Assembly (NCBI GenBank): GCA_963665275.2
Contig: CAXXIN010000003.1
Location: 64,001 to 128,000, forward strand
Length of the DNA stretch: 64,000 nt
Source of the DNA: Negativicutes bacterium
Lineage (GTDB): Bacteria; Bacillota; Negativicutes; UBA1444
Direction: 5' to 3'
Part shown: positions 27,388-37,408 of the stretch, piece after piece
How positions within the stretch are numbered: the first letter of the stretch is position 1
Layout: each line of letters begins with the position of its first letter
Notes under the pieces: generated by a model
Databases searched by the model: none
Told to the model about the DNA's origin: nothing
What the model saw: only the letters and a program-made list of their open reading frames with translations
Translations under genes and position numbers: made by a program

Positions 27388-28113
27388 TTATGCGGACGGC
27401 GCATCAGCAGGCTTGCGGCGCCGGGCCAAAATCGTCGATAGATAAGTCACATCCGCTGGATCGATAGTCATGAGATCCTCATGTACGACTTCCTCCGCAT
27501 GACCGCATTTGGAAACCATGAGCGCACTCTCGGCGAACCCGTGGTGTTGTAGGCGATCCCTCAGATCATTGAAATTTCGCGATATTTTCATGAGCACCAA
27601 CCGATCCGAGACCGCTAAAACTTGATCCAGTTTCTCCGGACTGATGGTGGCAGGCACTACACTGAGAACATCGTCCCCTTCCACGATCGGCGTCCCGTGA
27701 TGACTGGCGATGGCGCAGAACGCTGTCACGCCGGGAATGGTTTCGATGGGATGACCGCAGTTCGCCAGCAGCTCGAAAACATAAATGTAGGTGCTGTAGA
27801 ACATCGGATCGCCGAGCGTCAGGAATACCACATTCTGACCAGCATCCAGCCGCCCCTGGATGACATTGCGGTTCTCCAGCCATGCGTCACTGAGTTCGCC
27901 GGCATGGTACACCATCGGGAACACCAGTTCCAGCACTTCGCTATCACCACGCATATGTGGACGCGCAATTGACAATGCAATGCTGTCCGCGCGTTTTTCC
28001 GTCCGGGGTGCGATGACCACGTCCGCTTCGGACAAAGCCCGAACTGCTTTTAAAGTCAATAGTTCCGGGTCTCCGGGACCGATCCCGATCCCGGTGAATT
28101 TTCCAGTCGCCAC
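27388..28113 (-). CDS. cbiL: Precorrin-2/cobalt-factor II C20-methyltransferase
   Basis: GIGPGDPELLTLKA, FLTLGDPMFYSTY, IPGVTAF; GTG start after GGAGG. Confidence 0.9.
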   Translation of the reverse strand: MATGKFTGIGIGPGDPELLTLKAVRALSEADVVIAPRTEKRADSIALSIARPHMRGDSEVLELVFPMVYHAGELSDAWLENRNVIQGRLDAGQNVVFLTLGDPMFYSTYIYVFELLANCGHPIETIPGVTAFCAIASHHGTPIVEGDDVLSVVPATISPEKLDQVLAVSDRLVLMKISRNFNDLRDRLQHHGFAESALMVSKCGHAEEVVHEDLMTIDPADVTYLSTILARRRKPADAPSA

Positions 28114-28229
28114 GTCTGTCTCCTCCTCCATGCTGCAAAAAAAAGAAACCTCTACCCCGAAGAGTAGAGATCATGTCAGTAAAATGACATTTTAATCCCC
28201 TTCCCATCGCTCGTGGGTACAACGGTGAT

Positions 28230-28398
28230 CGTCAAACAGGCAGTTCTTCTGACTCAGACTCATCGCAGGCCTGCGCCTTCCCAAAACCCATGGTTTCAGT
28301 GGCGTATCGCAGGCAGCTCCTCTTTACAGCGGCGGGACCGCGCCGGCTTTGCACCGGACTTCCCTATTAAGCCCAAACCGGGCACCTGTTTCATATAT
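28230..28398 (-). ncRNA. Cobalamin riboswitch
   Basis: AGGTGCC...AATAGGGAAGTCCGGTGCAAAGCCGGCGCGGTCCCGCCGCTGT...CCACTG...GGGAAGG...AGTCAGAAGAACTGCC upstream of cbi operon. Confidence 0.93.
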
Positions 28399-28448
28399 AA
28401 TTGCGAATAGATTATACCCGAACGGAGCAAAAAAAACAAGGCAACTCT

Positions 28449-29699
28449 TTACCTTTTCCCTCCTGCCATCCGTTCACTTTCAGGCAGGTTTCGCAGCAGC
28501 TGCATGGCAATGCTGCCTACAAACGGGCCTACTGCGAGTAGCGAAAATGCCCAGCCCCAACCGGAGTAATCCAGAACAATCCCAAATAGTTTGGGAGAAA
28601 TGATTGTGATGCCAAAACCTATAACAGATTGCAAACTTAGCAAACTGCCCAAATTCTCCGGCGGGACCAGCTCGGTCAAACCCGCTTTGAAAATCGCCGA
28701 ATCGGCAACTATAAAAAAACTGTACATCAAACCCGACGGAATAAACAGCCATAGGGGCGCAACTGCCAACCAGCCAAACAGCAGCGAACCTATGCCACTG
28801 AGCAGCAAGGCCAGTGTGGCGGTAAAACAACGCCCATGGCCGTCAGAAAACCATCCGGCCAGCGCCGGTGAAACGACGCCCATGAGCAAACAAGCTGCGG
28901 CTATTGTGCCGCCATAAGCCAACGACAGTTCTGTATTGAAGCCTTGACCCCGCAGTGTATGCGTGGCAAAAGCACCAATCCAGCCATTAAATGCGTACAA
29001 TTCCCACATGTGTCCGACGTAGCCGAGTATGATCAGCCACAGGGCCCGTTTTCCCCACTTTGCTCCGCGCCTTATTGCCGCAGGCGCAGGCGCCGTCGTC
29101 ATATCAGCTCGCGGAGAGCACTCATCATGCGGGTCCGAAATGCACAAATAAACCAGAACTGCCGCCGGAAGCGCCCATACACTGGTCCACAAAACAGCCG
29201 ACTGCCAAGAAAATATGGCGGCCAGCGGGGCTGCCACCAGATACGCTGCCGCATAGGAAGCCATCAGCGACCCGGTATACACGCCGATAGCCATGCCGCG
29301 TTGCTTGGCGGGATACCAACGGCTTAGAATCTGGATTCCTGGTATATACAGTCCGCCTTGCCCGATCCCGGCCAAAATACGCCAAATCAACGCAGAAGAA
29401 TAGTCCGTCGCGAATATAGCAAAACCAATTCCAGCCAACCCGGTTTCCACTGCACACAGTGCAAAAGTCAGACGACCACCGATCTTGTCACTAAGCCACC
29501 CCGTCAACATTACCGAAGCGACATATCCCAGCTGAAAGGCGCTCAAGATGGTTCCGGCCTGATCGTTGCTCATTTCCCATTGTTGACGCAATACAGGCAG
29601 TACGGCGGAAAAATTGTACCAGACCAACATCGCGCCAAACTGGGCCAGGCAAAGAATCGCCAACACACGAGTCTTTGCCTCCGTGTGTATTCGCATCAC
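28449..29699 (-). CDS. MFS transporter
   Basis: About twelve TMs, GWLSDKIGGR motif A. Confidence 0.9.
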   Translation of the reverse strand: MMRIHTEAKTRVLAILCLAQFGAMLVWYNFSAVLPVLRQQWEMSNDQAGTILSAFQLGYVASVMLTGWLSDKIGGRLTFALCAVETGLAGIGFAIFATDYSSALIWRILAGIGQGGLYIPGIQILSRWYPAKQRGMAIGVYTGSLMASYAAAYLVAAPLAAIFSWQSAVLWTSVWALPAAVLVYLCISDPHDECSPRADMTTAPAPAAIRRGAKWGKRALWLIILGYVGHMWELYAFNGWIGAFATHTLRGQGFNTELSLAYGGTIAAACLLMGVVSPALAGWFSDGHGRCFTATLALLLSGIGSLLFGWLAVAPLWLFIPSGLMYSFFIVADSAIFKAGLTELVPPENLGSLLSLQSVIGFGITIISPKLFGIVLDYSGWGWAFSLLAVGPFVGSIAMQLLRNLPESERMAGGKR

Positions 29700-30905
29700 T
29701 CATTGCCCCATTTCAATTGCCAGAGCCATATTCCCCAGTAGCGCCTCTTGCATTTTGGAAATACTGACACTATCTTCATTGGTGTGGCAGTGTCTCTCCT
29801 CAGATGGCGCATAAACCATCACTTTGCTTCCCCGAGATCGAAAATGACCTCCATCCGTGGCAAATCCGCAAACTCCGATCTCCACCGGATGACCCACCGC
29901 AGCCTCCAAGACCCGGTGCGCCTGTTGAACTGTTTCATCGCTTGCGGGGGTAACGAAACTCGGCTCTCCCGCGGGAGCTTTGCCCATAAATCCGTTATAG
30001 CACAGCACATCACGCAGTTCTACAATGATTTTTGCACTCACGCCAGGCACCAGATTCTGACGAACCAGGCCTGTCAATTTGTCCAAAATGAAAGCTTCCG
30101 ACTCGTCGGGAATATTGCGGCAATCAATGGCCAAGTTGACTTTCCCTGGCGTGACGTTGCTGCTGGTTTGATCCGTCGAGTACAAGGTCGGTGCAAAAGA
30201 AGTGCTGCCAAAGAAAGGATCAGCGCCAAGTTTCAGTGATTCTACCGCCAATACCATCCGCGCCGCAGCATAATGGGGGTTGCTGCCGCGTTCCGGCACA
30301 CTGGCATGCGTAGATTTCCCCGTGTAGTAAACATTATACAGAATGCGTCCCCGGTGACCGATATTCAGCTGATTGTTGGATGCTTCACCCAGAATAACAC
30401 AGTCCGTTTTCAGGTGTTTGGATAGATGGGTGCTGCCAAATCCGGCGGTCTCTTCGCACACCACACCGGCCACCCATATATCTCCCGGCGGCAGCAAATC
30501 AGCTTTTTTCAAAGCCGCTACAGCAACGATCTGGCAGGCAAACGCGCCTTTGGTGTCACTGGCGCCCAAGCCCCATATTCGTTCATCTGCAATAATGCCG
30601 GCATAGGGCGGATATTTCCAGACGGACTCATCACCGGCCGCCACCGTGTCCAGATGGCAGTTGAACATTACCGAACGACCCTTCCCTTTCCCGCGCATCA
30701 GTCCCAGCACATTGCCGGCCTCATCTATCGTGACCTCATCATAGCCGAGTTCCCTCATATATTTCTGAGTCAACTCGGCCATTGCAGCTTCATCACCGGA
30801 CAGACTGGGAACACGGATCATTTCCTGCGTCATCTTTACTGCCAGGTTGAGCTCCTGTTCCGCCAACGTCCTCAACTCTGCCATATCCATGTTATCTGAC
30901 CACAA
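29700..30905 (-). CDS. M20 family metallo-amidohydrolase (ArgE/DapE/YgeY-like)
   Basis: CHLDTV, GASDTKG, EETAG, CHTNED. Confidence 0.88.
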   Translation of the reverse strand: MWSDNMDMAELRTLAEQELNLAVKMTQEMIRVPSLSGDEAAMAELTQKYMRELGYDEVTIDEAGNVLGLMRGKGKGRSVMFNCHLDTVAAGDESVWKYPPYAGIIADERIWGLGASDTKGAFACQIVAVAALKKADLLPPGDIWVAGVVCEETAGFGSTHLSKHLKTDCVILGEASNNQLNIGHRGRILYNVYYTGKSTHASVPERGSNPHYAAARMVLAVESLKLGADPFFGSTSFAPTLYSTDQTSSNVTPGKVNLAIDCRNIPDESEAFILDKLTGLVRQNLVPGVSAKIIVELRDVLCYNGFMGKAPAGEPSFVTPASDETVQQAHRVLEAAVGHPVEIGVCGFATDGGHFRSRGSKVMVYAPSEERHCHTNEDSVSISKMQEALLGNMALAIEMGQ

Positions 30906-32079
30906 CTTCTTTCAATACCTGCTCGAAGTCAGCCAGGATATCCGCGCAGTTCTCGATACCCACCGAAACACGGATCAGATCATCCCCCACGCCGTATGCC
31001 TGTCTTTCAGCCAGAGGTATCGCCCGATGCGATGTTTTTCCGGGATGGGACACTGTAGTAGAAGGGCCTGCCAGACTGGGGACAAGTTCAGTCAGCTGAA
31101 GCCCGTTGATTACGGTTCGAGCTGACTCCATGCCGCCTGCCACAGCGAAGCTTAGCATACCGCCACAGCCGCCCTGCAGCAGCCGTTTCGCCACAGAATA
31201 AGTTTTGGAACCGCAGAGGCCTGGATAATGAACCTTCGTCACTTTGGGATGTTTTTCAAGGAACTCGGCCAACTTCAGAGCGTTCGCCGAATGTCTCTCC
31301 ATGCGCACAGCCATCGTCTTAATCCCGCGCAGCACCAACCAGGCATCAAAAGGACTCAGCGTAGGACCATAGGTTGTTCCGACCTTTTTCACCCTGTCGA
31401 TAAACTCCTTGCTGGAAGCAACCACGCCTCCGGTAATGTCACTGTGCCCATTCAGATATTTGGTGGCGCTGTGTATGACCACATCGGCCCCAGCAGCGCA
31501 CGGCTGAAAATGGACCGGTGAAGCAAAAGTATTATCCACATATACTTTGGCGCCAATTTTCCGCGCCAGTTCGACTACAGCAGGAATATCGATTACTTCC
31601 ATCAGCGGATTACAGATGGTTTCCACATACAGCACCTTGGTATTGGGACGTATCGCCCCGCGGACAGCCTCCATATCCGTAAAGTCGACAAAAGTCGCCT
31701 CCACCCCAAACCGGCTCATTTCGTTCGTAAACAAAGCGTAAGTGCCGCCATACAAAACCTGATGCGCCAAAACATGATCACCGGCCTGTAATTCCGCCAA
31801 CAAGGACATAGCTATCGCCGCCATACCGGATGAGTATGCCGCCGCCGCCTCTGTTCCCTCGAGCAGCGTTATTGCCTGTTCAAGTTGTTCCACGCCAGGG
31901 TTGCTGATACGGGAATAAACGTAGCCGGGAACTCGATGTTCATATACGTCGTCGATTTGTTCGAGCGAATCAAAGGCCCATACCGAGGATGCAAAAATGG
32001 GAGATATTTTCGAACGTGTATCTGAAGGACATGCTTTCGCCCCGGCGTGCACCGCAAGCGTATCGATTTTTTTTGACAT
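30892..32079 (-). CDS. PLP-dependent Cys/Met metabolism enzyme (cystathionine gamma-synthase/methionine gamma-lyase family)
   Basis: YSRISNP, SSGMAA, DNTF, HSATKYLNGHSD. Confidence 0.9.
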   Translation of the reverse strand: MSKKIDTLAVHAGAKACPSDTRSKISPIFASSVWAFDSLEQIDDVYEHRVPGYVYSRISNPGVEQLEQAITLLEGTEAAAAYSSGMAAIAMSLLAELQAGDHVLAHQVLYGGTYALFTNEMSRFGVEATFVDFTDMEAVRGAIRPNTKVLYVETICNPLMEVIDIPAVVELARKIGAKVYVDNTFASPVHFQPCAAGADVVIHSATKYLNGHSDITGGVVASSKEFIDRVKKVGTTYGPTLSPFDAWLVLRGIKTMAVRMERHSANALKLAEFLEKHPKVTKVHYPGLCGSKTYSVAKRLLQGGCGGMLSFAVAGGMESARTVINGLQLTELVPSLAGPSTTVSHPGKTSHRAIPLAERQAYGVGDDLIRVSVGIENCADILADFEQVLKEVVVR

Positions 32080-34278
32080 TATTTCAGCCTCCTACCTCTT
32101 TTTACAATTGTGCAGGCAATGATAATATTTTCGAACTGATATTTCTTTCGCGCCTTGTGGCAAAGTTCCTGCTAAGTTGGGATAATGGTCGGGTAAAAGA
32201 AAAAAGAGCGGTGACCGGGAATCAACCCAGCCACCGCAATAGTTATTGTAGTCTTTCGGCTTAAATTTAAACGTGGAACTTGCCGACAGCGTCCCTGAGT
32301 TCCATGGCCAATTGAGCCAGACTTTGGCTGGATGAAGCAATTTCCTCCATGGAGGCGGACTGTTCTTCTGTAGCAGCTGATACGGTCTGCGCCTGCGCGG
32401 CGGCCTCTTTGGCAAGTAAATCAATCTGGTTAACCGACCCGACGATCTGTTGACTGCCGATCGCCATCTGCTCGATAGTGGCCGACACTTCTTTGACTTG
32501 ATCCGATACTTGGTCCACCAAAGCCACGATTTCCTGGAAAGCCTGCCCTGCAGCATTCACGACTTCCGCGCCCAGTTTCACTTCACGCGTACCATTGTCC
32601 ATGGCAGTAACTGCTTGTTCTGTATCACTCTGAATTCCGCCAATCAACGCAGAAATTTGTTTGGTTGCCGCCTGCGACTGTTCCGCCAGTTTGCGGACTT
32701 CCTCAGCGACAACGGCGAAGCCTCGTCCTTGTTCACCCGCCCTGGCTGCTTCAATCGCCGCATTGAGAGCCAACAGGTTCGTCTGATCGGCTATGCCGGC
32801 AATGGTAGCGACGATCTGGCCGATTGCCTTGGATCGCTCACCCAATTCCGCCACCACTTTGGCGGAGCTGTTGACGGTATGTTCAATTCGTCCCATCTGC
32901 TCGACGGCTTTCTTCACCGCTTTGTTTCCTTCATTGGCCTGCACCGCGGCCCGTGAAGACTGATCCGCGACTTCATTGGTCGTAGCGGAGACTTGCTGAA
33001 TGCTTGCTGACATCTCCTGAACCACGGCAGCAGTTGCATTGGCAGCAGCCAACTGTTTCTCCGCGCCCGTTGCCACCTCCGTGATGGCCCCGGCTACCTG
33101 ATTGGCAGCTTGCGCGGATTGGTCGGCGCTGGCTGTCAGTTCTTCACTGGAAGCGGCCAGTTGTTCAGACTGCGCGTGCATCTTCGATACAAGATCACGC
33201 AAGGTTCCCCGCATTTCACGAAACCCTTTGGCCAGCTGCCCGATTTCATCCTCGGAATTTACCCTGGCCACCTGTTCCCGCAAGTCGCCCTGGGCCAACA
33301 GCAGACATTCATCGCGAATGAATGAAATGGGTCTGGCAAATTTTTTGGCGATGAACAGAATAATTACGGCCACCACCAGCAGCCCCATCAACGAAATGAT
33401 CATCATCATTCTTGCCAGCGCTTCGGTATCCCGGGTCGCCTCCGCTTCGGGAGCCGCTACTGAGAAAATCCAGCGCTGCCCTCCAGGCAGATCGACAGGT
33501 GTGAACACCGCCACGCGGGCAATATTGTCAACAAAAGTATAGCTCCCTACAGACTGTTTCCCTGTCTGGACTGCCGCTTTGAACAAACTGATCAATTTGT
33601 CATCTATTTCGGTCTGTTGCAGCTTCAGTTCGGGATTGATTTTTTTCTCCTGCAGATTAAGTTTGCCGACTACCTCAACCTTATGAGGATGCGCGATGAT
33701 CATGCCGGAGTCATCAGCCAGTTGACCATATCCAGTCTCCAAAAATTTTACATCCTTGATTATTCCATTCAGCCGTTCCGTTGAAAAAGTCCCCACCATC
33801 ACGCCGACTAGCTGACCCTGGTTGAGCACAGGAACTGCCAGAACGACCGCCAGCTTTCCGGTCGCCTTGGAAATCAGTGGATCGGAAACAACCGGTTTTT
33901 GGGTCGCGACAACTTTTTTGAAGTAATCCCGTTCTGCATAGGAAGCAGTCGTTCCCGCGCTGGTCAACCCAGCGCCATCGGGTGCAACGAACACAATGAC
34001 ATCAAATTTCCCCAACCTTTTGAATGTCTCAGCCATTACATATACCATCTGTCCGCTATCCGCCCTGGTTCGAATCTGCTGCAAATTCGCCAGATCCTCC
34101 AATTGGGCCAGCATGGTTTCTATATCCGACTTCACGCGCTGAGAATACCCCACCCCTACGGCCATTGCGGTTTGGTCGATATTTTTCGTCAGAGCCTGAT
34201 TTGCCAGATAGTAGCTTGCTCCTGAAAGCACGCACAGAGCCAGCAGAACAACCGGCAATAAGGCCAGCAGCAGTCGGG

Positions 34279-35616
34279 GATAGCGTACAATAAAGTTCGC
34301 AAAAGAGAATAGGAAAAACCATCGGCAACTCCGAAAAGGTAAGTGTCCAGCAAACCAAGAAGGAGTGTAGCGCCGATGGTTTACCAAAATTCTACCGTAC
34401 CTTTTGAAAAAATGCTAATGAAATTTGTGGCAGACGACGATCCCATGCAGGAAATGCTCAAGTGGCTCTGCGAACGACTCATGGCAGCCGAAGTGGACGG
34501 CAAGCTGGAAGCCCAAAAATCAGAGCGAACCCAAACTCGCCAGGGATATCGCTCAGGTTATCGAGTCAGGCGATTTGACACGCGAATGGGGACAATGTAT
34601 CTGATGGTGCCCAAGATCCGAAATGGCGGGTATATCCCATTCTTCCTGGAAGCCAGAAAACGATCCGAAGCCGCTTTGATGAACGTCATTCAGGAAGCCT
34701 ATGTAAACGGCGTATCGACACGGAAAATCGACAAACTCACCAAAAGTTTGGGGATCGACTCCATCTCCCGCAGTCAGGTTTCGGCCATCACCAAAGAATT
34801 AAATGAACAAGTTGAAGCCTTCCGCAATCGCCAGTTGGAAGAGATCTATCCGGTTCTATGGGTGGATGCCTTGTATGAACGTATCCGCGATCACCATAGT
34901 GTTAAAAACATGGCGGTCCTGGTAGTTACAGGCATTAATTGCGACGGCAAACGCGATATCCTGGCGATTGAACCGATGGTTGAGGAATCCGCCGCCACGT
35001 ATACCCAACTGTTCGACAATCTCAAAGCCCGGGGAGTAAAAAAGGTCTGGTTGGTTGTATCGGATGCGCATAAGGGGCTGGTCAAAGCCGTGAGGGAATC
35101 CTTCGTTGGTTGCGCCTGGCAACGCTGCAAAGTCCATTTCATGCGAAATATCTTGGCCCATATATCCAGCCGGGAAAAGAAAACCTTTGCGGAAAAACTC
35201 AAGCAAATCTGGCTCCAGCCTGACTATGACAGCGCCAAAAAATATGCGGCGTCTCTGATGGACGATTATGAAACAAGATATCCGGAAGCGATTGCCACAC
35301 TGGAAGACGGTCTGGAAGAATCGCTGCAGTTTTTCAGTTTCAATGAAATCGACTCGCGAAAAATCTCATCCACTAATCTGTTGGAACGGCTAAACAAGGA
35401 AATCCGGCGTCGAACAAAGGTGGTCGGTATCTTCCCGAGTATGGATTCCTATGTTCGCCTAGTAACCAGTTACTTGATTGAATACAGCGAGGATTGGTCT
35501 AGCGGGCGATCTTATATTCATCCCATGATCATTACAGAGATCCAGCAAAAACTCGATGCGGCTGCTTAACCAAGCTGGAGTGCCGATGGTTTTTGCGAAC
35601 ATTATTTGACACTATC
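34279..35616 (+). mobile_element. IS256-family insertion sequence
   Basis: Imperfect 26-bp IRs (GATAGCGTACAATAAAGTTCGCAAAA / GATAGTGTCAAATAATGTTCGCAAAA); 8-bp TSD CAGTCGGG at 34271-34278 and 35617-35624. Confidence 0.95.
34376..35569 (+). CDS. IS256 (Mutator-type) transposase
   Basis: [37 protein letters not shown]. Confidence 0.95.
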   Translation: MVYQNSTVPFEKMLMKFVADDDPMQEMLKWLCERLMAAEVDGKLEAQKSERTQTRQGYRSGYRVRRFDTRMGTMYLMVPKIRNGGYIPFFLEARKRSEAALMNVIQEAYVNGVSTRKIDKLTKSLGIDSISRSQVSAITKELNEQVEAFRNRQLEEIYPVLWVDALYERIRDHHSVKNMAVLVVTGINCDGKRDILAIEPMVEESAATYTQLFDNLKARGVKKVWLVVSDAHKGLVKAVRESFVGCAWQRCKVHFMRNILAHISSREKKTFAEKLKQIWLQPDYDSAKKYAASLMDDYETRYPEAIATLEDGLEESLQFFSFNEIDSRKISSTNLLERLNKEIRRRTKVVGIFPSMDSYVRLVTSYLIEYSEDWSSGRSYIHPMIITEIQQKLDAAA

Positions 35617-35687
35617 CAGTCGGGTCTGAATGTTTTTCACTTTCATTATTTCAAATATCCCTCCAAAAAATATTAGGATTGAGGATA

Positions 35688-35725
35688 AAAAACCGCCAAT
35701 TTGCCATTGCAAATTGGCGGTTTTT
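35688..35725 (-). terminator. Intrinsic terminator (riboswitch expression platform)
   Basis: aaaaaccgccaatttgc-catt-gcaaattggcggttttt between aptamer and MCP start. Confidence 0.75.
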
Positions 35726-35734
35726 CATACCAAC

Positions 35735-35822
35735 CATACAGCAACCTGGCAATCATAAGACGGTTCATCTCTAAGACCCATGGCTTTGCGTCCCTGCTTT
35801 TCAACAGGTTTGCCCATATTTT
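35735..35822 (-). ncRNA. c-di-GMP-I (GEMM-type) riboswitch
   Basis: GGGCAAACCTGTTGAAAAGCAGGGACGCAAAGCCATGGGTCT...ATGATTGCCAGGTTGC upstream of MCP. Confidence 0.85.
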
Positions 35823-35953
35823 TTTATTTTCGGGTAACTATCCAAGCAATAATCCCATAAATGTCCCTCAAAGTCAAGTTTGGACAATACCGGGATTAGC
35901 TTCACCCACCAGGAATGCTTTGTTATCGAAGCATTCTATATTTGGGGAAGAGA

Positions 35954-36832
35954 TTAAATTAATGTTCGCCCGGTAAAAATTGAAACTGCCGTAGCATAAA
36001 ATATATATCGGCCGATGAATTCTCCTGCCGCAATAAGCATTAGGGCTCCAAGCGCCTGATTTACAGGCAAAACCGATCGGGGATTCTTTAACACCGAATA
36101 CAAGAGAGCTACTCCCGCCAAGGAAAGCAGCGCGCGAATTACAAGGGGCATGAGATAACTGCCTGAAATCATGGCTGCAGAGTCATGCGCTGCCGCGGAT
36201 CCTGCGTTGAGCGTTGAAACAAAAACCGGTGTGTACACAAGCGGAACTGCCACTGCAATAACAGCAATGCCGGCTACGATTTTCAGCAGCTTGCCAACCG
36301 GGGCAGGAATAGCACCCCCTTTTAATTCAAAGGCCACGAGGCTGGTTGCTCCTACACATCCCAACGCGAAGGTCGTGCCAAAGAAAGCCAGATAAGTATT
36401 CGCATCCATCCAGGCAGGACGAACCGACAGGGAATGGACGCTGGCGTTGCTGAAAATAGCCGCGAGCCCGAACAGTGCCGTCACTATGCCCAAAGCGACG
36501 CCCGGTTTTCCTTGTTTGAAAGTCGAGTAGGAAAGGAACCAGCAAACAAAAAATCCGCCTGCCGTTATAATTTCACGGCTTAACCAGGAAGATGCCAGAT
36601 TAAGGACAGCACGATAGGCGCCCAGTGGCGTTCCCAAATGAAACACGGAAAGGACTAATGCCAAGGCCATAATCGGACCGACCATTTTGAGACCTGGATT
36701 GGTCAGCCGAATTGATAAATGCACATCATTTTTCATTAATGAAAAACGGATGAAAAGCAGAATAATATAAGTGCCAACAGCCAGTTGGCTGAGTAATGTA
36801 AACATCATAAGCGGCCATTCTTCTGAAAACAT
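35954..36832 (-). CDS. dmsC: DMSO reductase-type membrane anchor
   Basis: EWPLMMFTLLSQ, HLGTP, SWLSRE, GEFIGRYIFY. Confidence 0.9.
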   Translation of the reverse strand: MFSEEWPLMMFTLLSQLAVGTYIILLFIRFSLMKNDVHLSIRLTNPGLKMVGPIMALALVLSVFHLGTPLGAYRAVLNLASSWLSREIITAGGFFVCWFLSYSTFKQGKPGVALGIVTALFGLAAIFSNASVHSLSVRPAWMDANTYLAFFGTTFALGCVGATSLVAFELKGGAIPAPVGKLLKIVAGIAVIAVAVPLVYTPVFVSTLNAGSAAAHDSAAMISGSYLMPLVIRALLSLAGVALLYSVLKNPRSVLPVNQALGALMLIAAGEFIGRYIFYATAVSIFTGRTLI

Positions 36833-36844
36833 TTCGTACCCCCC

Positions 36845-37387
36845 TTATTTTTTCTTGGTGGTAATACACAAAGACGGACGAGTCATTTCCGAACCCGGCA
36901 GCCCTTTAACATCGGCGATATTACCGTACTGCTTGCGAAGCGTTTCGATCTCCCCCACATGCAGGGATCTGGTGATGCAGGCAGTCACACACGCCGGCTC
37001 TTCCCCTTTTGCCAACAGATCGGCGCAAAGATCGCATTTGCCAATTATCCCTTCATCTTCTTTATATTGCGGCACGCCGTAAGGGCAGGACCACAGGCAC
37101 AGTTTGCATCCAATACACTTATTTTTGTCATGCAGAACGATCCCATCTTGTTCTCTTTTATATAATGCGCCGGTTGGACAGTTCTTGACGCATTTGGGAT
37201 CAGCGCAATGATTACATCCCATGGATAGGTGATCAATCCGCGGATTGGGGTAAACGCCGCTTTCCATGTCATAAACCTGTCGGTAAAGCACACCGACTTT
37301 TAGATTGTTTTTATCTTTACAGGCAATTTGACAGACCCTGCAGCCAACGCATGTTGTCATGTCATAATGAAATCCAAGTTGCGTCAT
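36845..37387 (-). CDS. dmsB: DMSO reductase-type 4Fe-4S subunit
   Basis: Four Cys clusters (CVGCRVC, CNHC..P.C...CP, CIGCKLC...CP, KCDLC). Confidence 0.92.
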   Translation of the reverse strand: MTQLGFHYDMTTCVGCRVCQIACKDKNNLKVGVLYRQVYDMESGVYPNPRIDHLSMGCNHCADPKCVKNCPTGALYKREQDGIVLHDKNKCIGCKLCLWSCPYGVPQYKEDEGIIGKCDLCADLLAKGEEPACVTACITRSLHVGEIETLRKQYGNIADVKGLPGSEMTRPSLCITTKKK

Positions 37388-37408
37388 TCCTGTTATACTC
37401 CTTCCTTG

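Larger units (their letters stand above)
32267..35646 (-). pseudogene. Methyl-accepting chemotaxis protein (dCache-HAMP-MA) interrupted near its start by IS256
   Basis: Native start MKVKNIQTRL at 35646-35617 rejoins the body at 34278; [30 protein letters not shown]. Confidence 0.88.

Noticed and set aside
34279-34387. N-terminus of the 706-aa MCP ORF as native sequence
   Set aside because: It is IS256 left-end DNA; the true start is at 35646.
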